32,000 nt of DNA from an uncultured archaeon (GCA_964354495.1 CAYHAA010000005.1:152663-184662), one strand, 5' to 3'. Numbered from the stretch's first letter, positions 17,408-26,419 are shown. Translations and numbers: made by a program. Notes: a model not told the origin generated them from the letters alone.

Positions 17408-19333
17408 ATGGGAAACGGAAAACTCTGGATTGGATACAAGCTCGATGATGAAGGAAACAGAACTGGAGAGAATTTCGAGATAAGCGTAGACCTTCTTCGA
17501 AAGCATGGAGGAGTCTTCGGTTCCACAGGTTCCGGAAAGACTGTTCTATCAAAATGCATCCTAGAGGAGGCCGCAATGCAGGGAATTCCGATTCTCGCCC
17601 TCGACCCTCAGGGTGATATTGCATCCCTGATGTTGCCGGGAGATCCAAAACAGCTTGCCGAGAAGGGTGTTCCTCCAGAGAGACTGAAGGAGTACATGGA
17701 TAAGGTCATTGTACGAGTGTATACGCCTGCCAGCAGCAAGGGTCTCGCCATATCAATCAATCCTCTGAAACTACCAGACAGAATGGCAGACCAAGATGAT
17801 ATCATCCGACTACTTGATAATTGTGCGCGCACTCTCGTGAAGGTCCTTACGAAAGTTTCCGGCCTGACGAGGTCATGGGAAGGCAAAGCCTTCGCAGCTA
17901 TCTATGAACTTCTGCGAACGATCTGGGAAAACGAGAAGACGGAGATCAAGGGACTCAAGGAACTAGCTGATATGCTCATTGGAGATGCAAAAACAATCGG
18001 TGTCGACCTGGAACCGTTCATGAAGCTTTCAGAGCGACAGACCCTTGCAACTCGTATACGTAGTCTGACAGTGGGTTCCTCACAACTCCTTTTCAAGGAA
18101 GAGGGTGAAATCGACTTCGATGAGCTAACAAGACCAGTCAAAGGAAAGACTCCAATCAATGTAATATTCCTCAAGACGCTTAGAAGTGAGGAAGAGAAGC
18201 ACTTCTTTATCGCTATTGTCTTGAACCAGTTGTATTCATGGATGTTGAGACAGGGCTTTACAGAGAAGCCGCGAATGATGGTATTTCAGGACGAGGCTGC
18301 ACCCTTCATTCCTGCAGGAATGCTCTCACCGGGTCCAAAGGAAACATACCTGCTTCTATTCAGACAGGCGAGGAAGTATGGCGTTGAGTGCCTCATAGCG
18401 ACTCAGAGTCCGAAGGACGTAGACTACAAGGCATTCGAGCAATTCAATACCATCTGCACTGGACGTATCAGTAGTGAACAGTCTTTGAAGGTGCTTGAGA
18501 GGATTCTCGAGCCCATTGCTGGAGAGAAGGAGTCTGAAGAAATCATAACCCGATTGCCAGGTCAGGAACCTGCAAGTTTTATTTTCTCATCTGTAGATCT
18601 CAAACCAAAGGTCAATCACATCAGCGTGCGTTGGCTGCTCACCAACCACGTGACACTCACTGAAAAAGACGTCCAGATGCACATGCAGAAGCTTGTTGCG
18701 GAACAGGACAAGGTTCTCAAGAAGCTTGAAGAAGAGAGATTGGCTCTTGAGAAACGAAAGTCGGATGAGATGGCGGCTGCAGAGAAACTCAGACTTGAAG
18801 AGGAACGTCTGAAAGCAGAGGAGGCCGCTCGACTGGAACAAGAACAATTGCTTCTGGATAAGAAACAGAAGTTCGAATCAGCGCCGGATACAACCAGAGT
18901 CTTCGACACTCGTGGACAGGCAGGCATGGTCTCCTATGATGACCTCGTCAATGCCTTCATCGCAAGGATCGAGGCCATCGCAAGGACAACGTTCGGCCTT
19001 GAGTTTCTGAGGGAACTCGTCCAACGAGGAGAACTCCACTATGAGAAATCCATGTCCTACTACTTGACAGAAACTCGCGAAGCACAGAAACAGGGTCTTG
19101 CTAAGAGAATCATCAAGGAGACACAAAAGAAGGGCAAAACAGAGAAGGAGGAATTCCTGGCTTACGACTTCAACTTCATGTTACTGAAGGTAATCGAGAG
19201 CATGGGCGTGAAGGAACCGGAATATGTCGATGAGGAACGGCTGAGAAAGAGATTCGAACAGCTGGTCATGAAAGCTAATAGAAACAACTTCCTTGAACGT
19301 ATTGTCTTGGGGGAGCCCTTTCTGGAATTCTAG
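17408..19333 (+). CDS. HerA/FtsK/VirB4-superfamily ATPase (DUF87/DUF853-like) with a charged helical stalk and C-terminal domain
   Basis: Walker A GSTGSGKT, LDPQGD, Walker B MVFQDEA, arginine-finger region RQARKYGV, ATQSP. E/K/R-rich helix at about 18660-18880. Alternative GTG start at 17399. Confidence 0.85.
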   Translation: MGNGKLWIGYKLDDEGNRTGENFEISVDLLRKHGGVFGSTGSGKTVLSKCILEEAAMQGIPILALDPQGDIASLMLPGDPKQLAEKGVPPERLKEYMDKVIVRVYTPASSKGLAISINPLKLPDRMADQDDIIRLLDNCARTLVKVLTKVSGLTRSWEGKAFAAIYELLRTIWENEKTEIKGLKELADMLIGDAKTIGVDLEPFMKLSERQTLATRIRSLTVGSSQLLFKEEGEIDFDELTRPVKGKTPINVIFLKTLRSEEEKHFFIAIVLNQLYSWMLRQGFTEKPRMMVFQDEAAPFIPAGMLSPGPKETYLLLFRQARKYGVECLIATQSPKDVDYKAFEQFNTICTGRISSEQSLKVLERILEPIAGEKESEEIITRLPGQEPASFIFSSVDLKPKVNHISVRWLLTNHVTLTEKDVQMHMQKLVAEQDKVLKKLEEERLALEKRKSDEMAAAEKLRLEEERLKAEEAARLEQEQLLLDKKQKFESAPDTTRVFDTRGQAGMVSYDDLVNAFIARIEAIARTTFGLEFLRELVQRGELHYEKSMSYYLTETREAQKQGLAKRIIKETQKKGKTEKEEFLAYDFNFMLLKVIESMGVKEPEYVDEERLRKRFEQLVMKANRNNFLERIVLGEPFLEF

Positions 19334-20016
19334 GTAGGAGCTAAATACCGGATAGGTTCCGAGATCATGCAATCAATCCACTGTTTGATAGCACCTAGAG
19401 TGAAGGAAGTGGCGTCATTCATGATATCCTCTGTCGCATCAGGGGCTCCATAGAGTAGTAGAAGAGCACGTCTAGTGCTACGCGTGATTTTTGTCCGTTC
19501 CGAGTCATGAATCGCAAAACCATAGCAGACAATTCCGCTGTCATCACTGAGAACAAGTTCTCTGCCCCTGCACTCGACTTCCACGCCTCCTATTCTCTGG
19601 AAGACCTCGCCCTTCCTAGCTTTCCGAACTGTCAACTGACCTTGAATCTTGGAGGCATCAATTAGCCCTATCGGTATCTTGTGATATGCAGAAACAAGAT
19701 TCACGACATCCACGAGATCAGAGATGCGCCAGAGATTCTCACCCTGCAGTACCCGGCGCAAGACAGCTTCGCTTGAAACTCGGGTCTTGGTTGGGTCCAT
19801 TGAATATGACCAGTGGAGTGCGCGATATGACCGGATTAGCGTGTCATGCGTCAGGGTTTCGAGACTATTGTTGGATCTGATTGTCTCGAAAAGTGAAGTT
19901 TCATATTCCTCGAATTCAGAGCTGGACTTGCTCAAATTCAGATTATCTAGCACTACAACAGTCACGCTGGTGCCTGGCGGCCCTGTTTCAAACACTATAG
20001 ACTTCGAGGACATCAC
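19330..20016 (-). CDS. Stand-alone B3/B4 (PheRS-beta editing-like) domain protein, COG3382
   Basis: DPTKTRVSSEAVLRRVL, LVDVVNLVS, PIGLID, DSERTKIT. Confidence 0.85.
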   Translation of the reverse strand: MMSSKSIVFETGPPGTSVTVVVLDNLNLSKSSSEFEEYETSLFETIRSNNSLETLTHDTLIRSYRALHWSYSMDPTKTRVSSEAVLRRVLQGENLWRISDLVDVVNLVSAYHKIPIGLIDASKIQGQLTVRKARKGEVFQRIGGVEVECRGRELVLSDDSGIVCYGFAIHDSERTKITRSTRRALLLLYGAPDATEDIMNDATSFTLGAIKQWIDCMISEPIRYLAPT

Positions 20017-20063
20017 TATTGAAATGATACAATCGGAACCTTTGAGTGTTTTGAGAGAGATCT

Positions 20064-20870
20064 CTAAAGAAAATCAATCACATCTTCCAGCGTTTTCACG
20101 GTGAGTGTCGGTTTCGTATCTAGGTCACCTGATTCAAAGGCGACAATATCGCGGGGATCTCGTTTCACCAGGATTGTCGTGACCCCAGCGGCATTGCCGC
20201 CAGCGATATCTGAGTTAGGGTTGTCACCAATAATGACTGCATTGGTCAACTTGAAGCCCAAGGTCTTCACAGTCTCTGTGACAATCTCAGGGAGTGGTTT
20301 GCCGACCGTGACTGCATGAACACCAGTGGCATGCTCGATTGCTGCCACTATTGAACGCTCACCGATAAAGACATCATCCTGCCCAAGATACTTCCCAGGG
20401 TAGTCACGACTGCCACTGATACATATTAGGCCTGCACCCTGTTTGACCATCTTGGTGGCAAAATTGAGTTCATCAAATGTCATTCCCCTATCGGCAGCCA
20501 CTGCAACAAAATCGATTGGGGGATTGTTCGCCACATCAAGCCCCCGTGCAACGAAGTCCTCTTGGGCTCCACCTTCGCCAATCACAAAGCAGCGCGCCCC
20601 GGGAAACCTATTGTGGATATAGGCTGCCGCTGCTGCACCAGCAGTATAGACTCTCTCGAGGGGGAGATGAAATCCCGCTCTCTCGACTGCTTGATGTACT
20701 TGTCTGCTTGAGAGTCGTCCTACATTCGTTAGAATGGCAAGTGTGCAACCTTTCTCTTCAAGTGAACTCCATAGCGTCAGGGCATCTTCAAACGGAGTGG
20801 GATGTTCCACATCGAGAATCAGTGTATTATCGACATCGAAGACCCAGAGTTTCTTTCTGCTAAGGTCCAT
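20064..20870 (-). CDS. HAD-IIA family hydrolase (NagD-like)
   Basis: FDVDNTL, LTN, GKP, IGDNPNSDIAGG. Confidence 0.9.
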   Translation of the reverse strand: MDLSRKKLWVFDVDNTLILDVEHPTPFEDALTLWSSLEEKGCTLAILTNVGRLSSRQVHQAVERAGFHLPLERVYTAGAAAAAYIHNRFPGARCFVIGEGGAQEDFVARGLDVANNPPIDFVAVAADRGMTFDELNFATKMVKQGAGLICISGSRDYPGKYLGQDDVFIGERSIVAAIEHATGVHAVTVGKPLPEIVTETVKTLGFKLTNAVIIGDNPNSDIAGGNAAGVTTILVKRDPRDIVAFESGDLDTKPTLTVKTLEDVIDFL

Positions 20871-20917
20871 ATGACCAGCTCCCTCAAGTAGCAGTCAGTC
20901 GTCAGAGAAAAATATAC

Positions 20918-21265
20918 CTACTCTTTGTCCAGAAGAGGAATCACACAGATGAAGCGAAAGATCTCACTGCCTTCAGTGTTATCGTAACCATGCTGCACGT
21001 TGGGCGGGACGAATACAATATCATCCTTCTTCGCATAGCCTTCAACATCGCCAATCAACTTGACTTTGCCATTGAGCACGAAAATCTCGTGTTCCTCTTC
21101 ATGTGCATGCAACGGAATGATGCCACCAGGTGCAATCTCGAACAGACGCATAGCATAGTTCAGAGCTCCTGTTCGTTTACCAACGAGCCAGCGCACAGTA
21201 GCATCCTTTGCCCCAGCCATATCGACTTCCATAGCATCCCGTTCGTGATAGTTTACAACGTACAT
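20918..21265 (-). CDS. Cupin domain protein
   Basis: PLHAHEEEHEIFVLNG and GDIVFVPP-type motif DDIVFVPPNVQHGY. Confidence 0.9.
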   Translation of the reverse strand: MYVVNYHERDAMEVDMAGAKDATVRWLVGKRTGALNYAMRLFEIAPGGIIPLHAHEEEHEIFVLNGKVKLIGDVEGYAKKDDIVFVPPNVQHGYDNTEGSEIFRFICVIPLLDKE

Positions 21266-21467
21266 GAGTTAGCTTCTCCTCACAGACATCAACATTCGTG
21301 TCAACATGCTAGCCCGAGAAACTCCTCTCGCGTAATATAGATATTCGGTTATGGACGTCAATCCTGCACTACGAAGGAGAATGCCACAGAAAGCTTAATC
21401 TTCGTGAGAACTAACTGCGTCTGAGAGATTGTGAATATCAGAAACGGTTCTCAAGAGTGGGATTAGC

Positions 21468-21992
21468 ATGAGTGAACAAGATACATATCTGAGAGCAAAG
21501 TTGACTGAGATAAATGGAGCTATAGAACGACTCACTCAGATGTTGAATAGGATGATTGACGTTATCTCGAAGGTCACCGAGGTCCAGGAGGCTCAGTCAG
21601 AACTCGCTCTCGCAGTGACTGCAAACTCCGAGAAACTTGATGAGATCCTTGAAACTGTGAAAAGCATCAGACATGCAGCACCAGCAACGCAAGCTGCAAG
21701 CAGTGCAGGCGTAGCTCAGAAGGGCGCAGTCTCGACCAATCAAGCAGTCCTAGATACCCTTGAAACACAGGTTCGTGAAGGAGCCATTGCAAGCGACCTT
21801 TCGCAGAAGATTAGTGAGGCTGCAGGCATGCTGGAGAGCAAAGGAGCATCAGGTGCTCTCATTGTAAAAATTCAGAGATGGACACGAATCCTAAAGACCT
21901 ATGGCAGAGTCGATACCATAAGTCCAGCGGACCTCCAGAAACTTCGTGTTGATATCAAGGATTGGAGTCGCGAGCTCTCGAAAATGAGATAG
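21468..21992 (+). CDS. Coiled-coil protein with a C-terminal helical bundle resembling the Vps28 C-terminal domain
   Basis: aa 1-68 heptad-like, aa 69-88 Ala-rich linker. C-terminal WTRILKTYGRVDTISPADLQKLRVDIKDWSREL matches the W..L......D.L/I....V/L..L..DL/I spacing I recall for Vps28. Alignment by eye only. Confidence 0.6.
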   Translation: MSEQDTYLRAKLTEINGAIERLTQMLNRMIDVISKVTEVQEAQSELALAVTANSEKLDEILETVKSIRHAAPATQAASSAGVAQKGAVSTNQAVLDTLETQVREGAIASDLSQKISEAAGMLESKGASGALIVKIQRWTRILKTYGRVDTISPADLQKLRVDIKDWSRELSKMR

Positions 21993-22183
21993 ATCTCTCG
22001 CATTGAACATCGCGCAACGCTTTCCCCATTGGTTTCACTTGTAGCCAATTGTAACGAGAATTAGCTGTGACTTCGATTCCGCGCGATATGGCATTCGCGT
22101 GAATCAATTCAGTGAACATTTATTAGAATACAAGAATATGCATGTCTACCCTCTGCCGGGAAACATGAGGTGCACACGCCAAA

Positions 22184-22522
22184 ATGACAGTTGATGAAAT
22201 CATTGAATCCGTGAAGAAAAAAATCGAAGAGTTCCCTGAACCACACCGAAGTGAAGTACTAGACTTGTGGGACGAGTGGTTGGACACGAATCCCAAAAGC
22301 CCGCTGTACGTGAACTGGGCTGAGTTCTCATCTAGATTCGACGATCAGACTGTCTTATTTACGGAGAGGCGAGTCTTCTTGAAGCGAGTCAAGAATGAAC
22401 TCAGGGAGCTCGAAGTCCCTCTGAAGGCGTGGCAGAAGGTGGCAAAAGGACTAGCTGCAGTTGCAAGTGTCTTTCTCATCATTTTCTTGGCAATATCCAG
22501 AGTGTTCCGTGTGACTGACTAG
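22184..22522 (+). CDS. Small tail-anchored membrane protein
   Basis: 112 aa, soluble helical N-terminus and a single C-terminal TM (GLAAVASVFLIIFLAI) with a short tail. GAGGTG upstream. Confidence 0.75.
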   Translation: MTVDEIIESVKKKIEEFPEPHRSEVLDLWDEWLDTNPKSPLYVNWAEFSSRFDDQTVLFTERRVFLKRVKNELRELEVPLKAWQKVAKGLAAVASVFLIIFLAISRVFRVTD

Positions 22523-22596
22523 CCAACAAGCATGGGCTCTCGGTGCATCAGAGAAGTCAACTTATATCATGGAAGAACCACTAGCACCCGAAGGCA

Positions 22597-24093
22597 ATGG
22601 AAACACTTCTTGAATCAATCCCGAAATCTATGGCCAAAATGCTCAACAAGGCAGTACAGGCAGTGAGGCAATCAAGCAGAACAATGGCCTTCTCACACAT
22701 TGATGCCGATGGCATATCAGCTCTAGCAATTGTGGTCACTACCCTAGAGCGGGAAAACAAACAGGCGGAGTGGAGGAATATCCATCAGATCAACTCCGAA
22801 ACAATTGTCGAAATTCGTGATGAAATCGAGAAACACCAGCCTGACTTGGTCGTATTCAGTGATTTTGGGACTGGGCAGATTGATCTTCTAAGAAATCTGG
22901 TTGCTGACCTGGATTACATTGAGCACGCGATTGTGCTCGACCACCATCTGCCACAAGATGAGGAATCGGAGGGGACACATTCACTTGCGAGTCACAGGCT
23001 GATAGAGATTAATCCCTGTCATCATGGTATGAATGGCAGCTACGATGTATCAGGGGCAGGTGTGGCCTTTTTGCTGGCTCTATCCTTATCGACAGGAAAC
23101 ATCGACCTTGCGGAGCTAGCCATTGTCGGAGCTACCGGAGACCTGCAGGACTATTATGGAAAAGGTTTCTCGGGAATTAACAAGAAAATACTTGAATTGG
23201 GGGAAGATGCAGGGTACTTGAGAGTCACGAAGGATCTTACATTCTTTGGAATCAATACACGTCCTTTGCCTTATCTCCTCCAGTATGCAACGGACCCGTA
23301 TCTGCCAGGAATCACAGGCGACGAAGCAGCGTGCTTCATGTTCTTTGAGGAACTCGGGATTTCATTGAAAGATAGGAATGACGAATGGCGGACCTGGGTT
23401 GATTTGGAATCTGATGAGAAGCAGCGAATCATCCAAAGACTCATTCAAGTTGTAATAGAGTCCTACAGTGACCCCGTTATCGCCACCGGGCTCGTTGGTG
23501 ACGTCGTGATTCTCACACGGCGACCGGAGAAGACTGAGATGCGTAGTGCGAAGGAGTTCTCAACACTGTTGAATGCCTGCGGCCGAAACAAGCAACCGGA
23601 GGTGGGTGTCAAAGTCTGTCTAGGGGACTTTGAAGCAGTTGCCAACGGGAGATACTTGCTGCAGCAGCACAGACAGAATCTGGCGCAGTCTCTGAAACTC
23701 TTGGAGAATGGAGGATTTTTGACCATGCCAGGCTTCTATCTTGTGAATGATCCTGAGATTCCTGATACTATCATTGGCGTTGTTATCGGTATGGCGCAAG
23801 GCTCACGAATAATCCCTATCGATAAGCCTGTCATCGGTGTTAGTTCAAACTCGTCGAATGACAGTCCTCTGGTCAAACTATCAGGACGTGCCCATAAGAA
23901 TCTGGTCAAGAGAGGGATAAACCTCAAGGAAACTTTCGTTTCAGTCGCAGAGGACATGAACGAGAAATACGGAATCCTCGTAGCCGAGGCGGGAGGTCAT
24001 CCGATGGCAGCAGGAGCTTTCATTCACAAAGACCATGTCGACGAGTTTCTGAAACTCTCCTCTCAACATATGGCTGAGGTTCTGAACAAGTGA
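22597..24093 (+). CDS. recJ: RecJ-like DHH/DHHA1 nuclease (archaeal GAN / Cdc45 homologue)
   Basis: HIDADG, SDFGTG, LDHH, INPC, DVSGAG, GATGD, EFSTLLNACGR, LSGR, GGHPMAAGA, plus an insertion beginning TFFGINTRPL. Confidence 0.88.
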   Translation: METLLESIPKSMAKMLNKAVQAVRQSSRTMAFSHIDADGISALAIVVTTLERENKQAEWRNIHQINSETIVEIRDEIEKHQPDLVVFSDFGTGQIDLLRNLVADLDYIEHAIVLDHHLPQDEESEGTHSLASHRLIEINPCHHGMNGSYDVSGAGVAFLLALSLSTGNIDLAELAIVGATGDLQDYYGKGFSGINKKILELGEDAGYLRVTKDLTFFGINTRPLPYLLQYATDPYLPGITGDEAACFMFFEELGISLKDRNDEWRTWVDLESDEKQRIIQRLIQVVIESYSDPVIATGLVGDVVILTRRPEKTEMRSAKEFSTLLNACGRNKQPEVGVKVCLGDFEAVANGRYLLQQHRQNLAQSLKLLENGGFLTMPGFYLVNDPEIPDTIIGVVIGMAQGSRIIPIDKPVIGVSSNSSNDSPLVKLSGRAHKNLVKRGINLKETFVSVAEDMNEKYGILVAEAGGHPMAAGAFIHKDHVDEFLKLSSQHMAEVLNK

Positions 24094-24099
24094 AGCAAC

Positions 24100-24128
24100 A
24101 AAAAGGGATAATGGGGGGATGACCCCCA
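24100..24128 (-). terminator. GC stem-loop plus U-tract between convergent genes
   Basis: TGGGGG/CCCCCA 6-bp stem (24112-24128) followed on the minus strand by TTATCCC-TTTTT. Confidence 0.45.
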
Positions 24129-24149
24129 ATCCAGGTCGTGATTCTGCGA

Positions 24150-24611
24150 CTAATAGTCTTCTGCAGTCAGTGATGCGCCAATAATCCCGGGTATGAAAAG
24201 CAGACCAAAGGAAACGCCAAGGTCGATAATGTTGTTACGGGCCACATTGAACATCTCGGAGAAGTTGGCCGGATCGCCAAGGTATGTCAGGATGTAAAAA
24301 CCCAGGAAGAAGAGCACCATCGCAATGATCGATGCAAAGAGCATTCTTACACCGCTCTTTGAGATTAGTCCTGCAATGAACCCGGCTACACCTAGGGCAA
24401 CAAGCGGGGCATAGACTCCAGCCTGGGCTGTCGTGTACGGGAATAGTAGTGAGGCAAACAGAGTGCCGCCCATGACCTTTAGGTCGCCAGTAATGTCGCC
24501 ACTACCAATGATGGCCTGAATAGTTGCAAGGTCTAGGTTCAATATCTGAAAGGCTCCAATCAAGATGGCTGTCACTAGAGCAATCAACAGTGCAGTAATG
24601 GTTCGAAACAT
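24150..24611 (-). CDS. Hypothetical membrane protein (4-5 TM)
   Basis: Hydrophobic ORF. Likely start MFRTIT at 24611; the ORF-track TTG at 24689 would overlap the Nudix gene. Confidence 0.7.
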   Translation of the reverse strand: MFRTITALLIALVTAILIGAFQILNLDLATIQAIIGSGDITGDLKVMGGTLFASLLFPYTTAQAGVYAPLVALGVAGFIAGLISKSGVRMLFASIIAMVLFFLGFYILTYLGDPANFSEMFNVARNNIIDLGVSFGLLFIPGIIGASLTAEDY

Positions 24612-24673
24612 TGTATTCAACACGTCCTTTTGTAGAGGGTTAGATATTGTATCAAATAGCAGTACGGGGATTC

Positions 24674-25162
24674 TTATATTCCTTGGCAATCTGATGGGAT
24701 TACATTCGGCGTTTTCATATCTTTCATGAGCGACAATATCCTCAATCGGTGAGACTTGATGAGTGCCTCAATTCCTGAGCTAGCCATATCAGGAGGCAAT
24801 CTGTCAGGATGAAACCATCCAACCTCACCATCAGAATACTCAGGTTTCGTTTTTTCGGTGACAGCATGAGCGACGTAGTGGTTCAATAGGAAGTGAAACT
24901 CGATAGCTCCCTTGTCATCCTTGGTTATGAGATCGGAAGTACCTATGAGCTCGAGAACCTCGCACTTGACTCCAGTTTCCTCTTCGACTTCTCTTTTTAC
25001 GGATTCCATCTGTGTTTCCCCAAGCTCCAAACCGCCACCAGGGATACTCCAGAGCCCTTTCCCGGGGGCTTTGTCTCTTCGAGCTAAGAGAACCCCTTGA
25101 GAACCAACAACGACCGCACCTACTCCGGGAATGGGATGAGAGGGGTACCTTCGGTCACTCAT
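24674..25162 (-). CDS. Nudix hydrolase (ADP-ribose pyrophosphatase-like)
   Basis: Nudix box GGGLELGETQMESVKREVEEETG, preceded by PGKGLWSIP. Confidence 0.92.
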   Translation of the reverse strand: MSDRRYPSHPIPGVGAVVVGSQGVLLARRDKAPGKGLWSIPGGGLELGETQMESVKREVEEETGVKCEVLELIGTSDLITKDDKGAIEFHFLLNHYVAHAVTEKTKPEYSDGEVGWFHPDRLPPDMASSGIEALIKSHRLRILSLMKDMKTPNVIPSDCQGI

Positions 25163-25177
25163 ATCTCACTCATCTCA

Positions 25178-26362
25178 TTAGTCATAAGGCAGGCCAGCTG
25201 GCATATAGACTACCGAGCCGCAGGTTTCGCAGAACTTGTCTGCACAGATGTCGAATCCTGAGGGAGTACTATATGGAACGCGTGTCTCAGTCTTGCAGCT
25301 TGGACATCTAGTTTTCACGTAACCCCTCAGTTCAAAGACTCTCCTCCATGCATTCCGGGCGTGCTCAATCTTTCCTCTGCGGTCGTATTCTTTTGCTAGA
25401 GTGACCCAAGGAGCTGCAGCATTCTTGTCAGCATTAGTCCATCGGATTAGACAATCTAGGTATTCATCCCACTTCCCGAGGTATGGATATGCACCACAGA
25501 GCCCTCTCCAAGACTCCGGGTCATTGCCAAGTTCCATTTCAGCACGACCAAGATGCTCCCTGCACACCTTGTCATCACGTGAGTTGTGAGCAATTACAGC
25601 AATCCTAGAAAGAGCTTCAATGTTCTTCGGATCTCTATCTAGCACTTTTCTGAAGCATTCAAGCGCGCCTTCATGGTCACCTGATTGAAATCGGAGTTCG
25701 CCCAAGAGAATCAGAGACCTATAGTCATCAGAACTCATGGTGTTCGCATAACCCACGAAGGGAGCTGCCTCGAATGAACGTTCTTGAAGCAATAATATGT
25801 ATGCGTAATTTGACACTGCAGTCATGAGTTTCGGCTCAAGAGCATGGACTCGAGCCCACTCCTTTGTCGCTGCTGTGAAGTCCCCAAGACGATACAGTGT
25901 CAAGGCATGCAGGAAAATAGAACTGATATCGTCAGGGAACTTTGCAGCAGCTACTTCCAAATGCTCCAGAGCCTGACGATACTCACGTTTCTGGAGATAG
26001 ATTCGCCCAATGTCTGCCCATGGCTCAGGCTGAGTCGAATCAAGTCGTAATGCCTCCTGGATGTGCTCTTCTGCTGATGTCACCTTGCCCAAAGCCCAGA
26101 GAGCTCGGCCAAGAAACAGCTCAACAACATAGTGTTGTTCGACGAGCTCATCAGCGCGATAGAGTACCTCTACAGCCTTTTCAGGCATCTCAGCCTGCAC
26201 GTATGCAATTCCAAGATAGACAAGCGCATCAACATCCTCGTCATCGTATTCAACAACAGGCTCCAATGCAGCAATGGCATCTTTCGGCCGACACTCCTCC
26301 AGAGCCCGTTTTGCAGATTCGAGAACCTTTTCAGACACGGCGTGATGCTTCCCCATTGTCAT
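25178..26362 (-). CDS. TPR-repeat protein with a C-terminal Zn-ribbon
   Basis: Multiple TPR-like units (e.g. ALVYLGIAYVQAEMPEKAVEVL, LILLGELRFQSGDHEGALECFRKVLDRDPKN). C-terminal CPSC...CETC. Confidence 0.85.
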   Translation of the reverse strand: MTMGKHHAVSEKVLESAKRALEECRPKDAIAALEPVVEYDDEDVDALVYLGIAYVQAEMPEKAVEVLYRADELVEQHYVVELFLGRALWALGKVTSAEEHIQEALRLDSTQPEPWADIGRIYLQKREYRQALEHLEVAAAKFPDDISSIFLHALTLYRLGDFTAATKEWARVHALEPKLMTAVSNYAYILLLQERSFEAAPFVGYANTMSSDDYRSLILLGELRFQSGDHEGALECFRKVLDRDPKNIEALSRIAVIAHNSRDDKVCREHLGRAEMELGNDPESWRGLCGAYPYLGKWDEYLDCLIRWTNADKNAAAPWVTLAKEYDRRGKIEHARNAWRRVFELRGYVKTRCPSCKTETRVPYSTPSGFDICADKFCETCGSVVYMPAGLPYD

Positions 26363-26384
26363 TTGGCGTGCAAGAGTGCCAGCA

Positions 26385-26396
26385 TTTTATTATAAG
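26385..26396. promoter_or_regulatory. Putative bidirectional TATA box
   Basis: TTTTATTATAAG centred about 29 nt from both divergent start codons (26362 and 26420). Confidence 0.5.
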
Positions 26397-26419
26397 TAGA
26401 CATTGATAGGGGAAAAACC

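Noticed and set aside
13990-19333. Ced/T4SS-like DNA import system (2-TM pilin-like gene, 6-TM gene, VirB4/HerA-like ATPase)
   Set aside because: A strong terminator-like hairpin separates the 6-TM gene from the ATPase, the ATPase has no N-terminal TM, and the 2-TM gene is over 2 kb away on the other strand. I see no sequence similarity to CedA or CedA1.
21993-22183. Imperfect hairpins (ATTGG/CCAAT; GATTC...GAATC) between the Vps28-like and tail-anchored genes
   Set aside because: The stems are short or mismatched and cannot be distinguished from chance.
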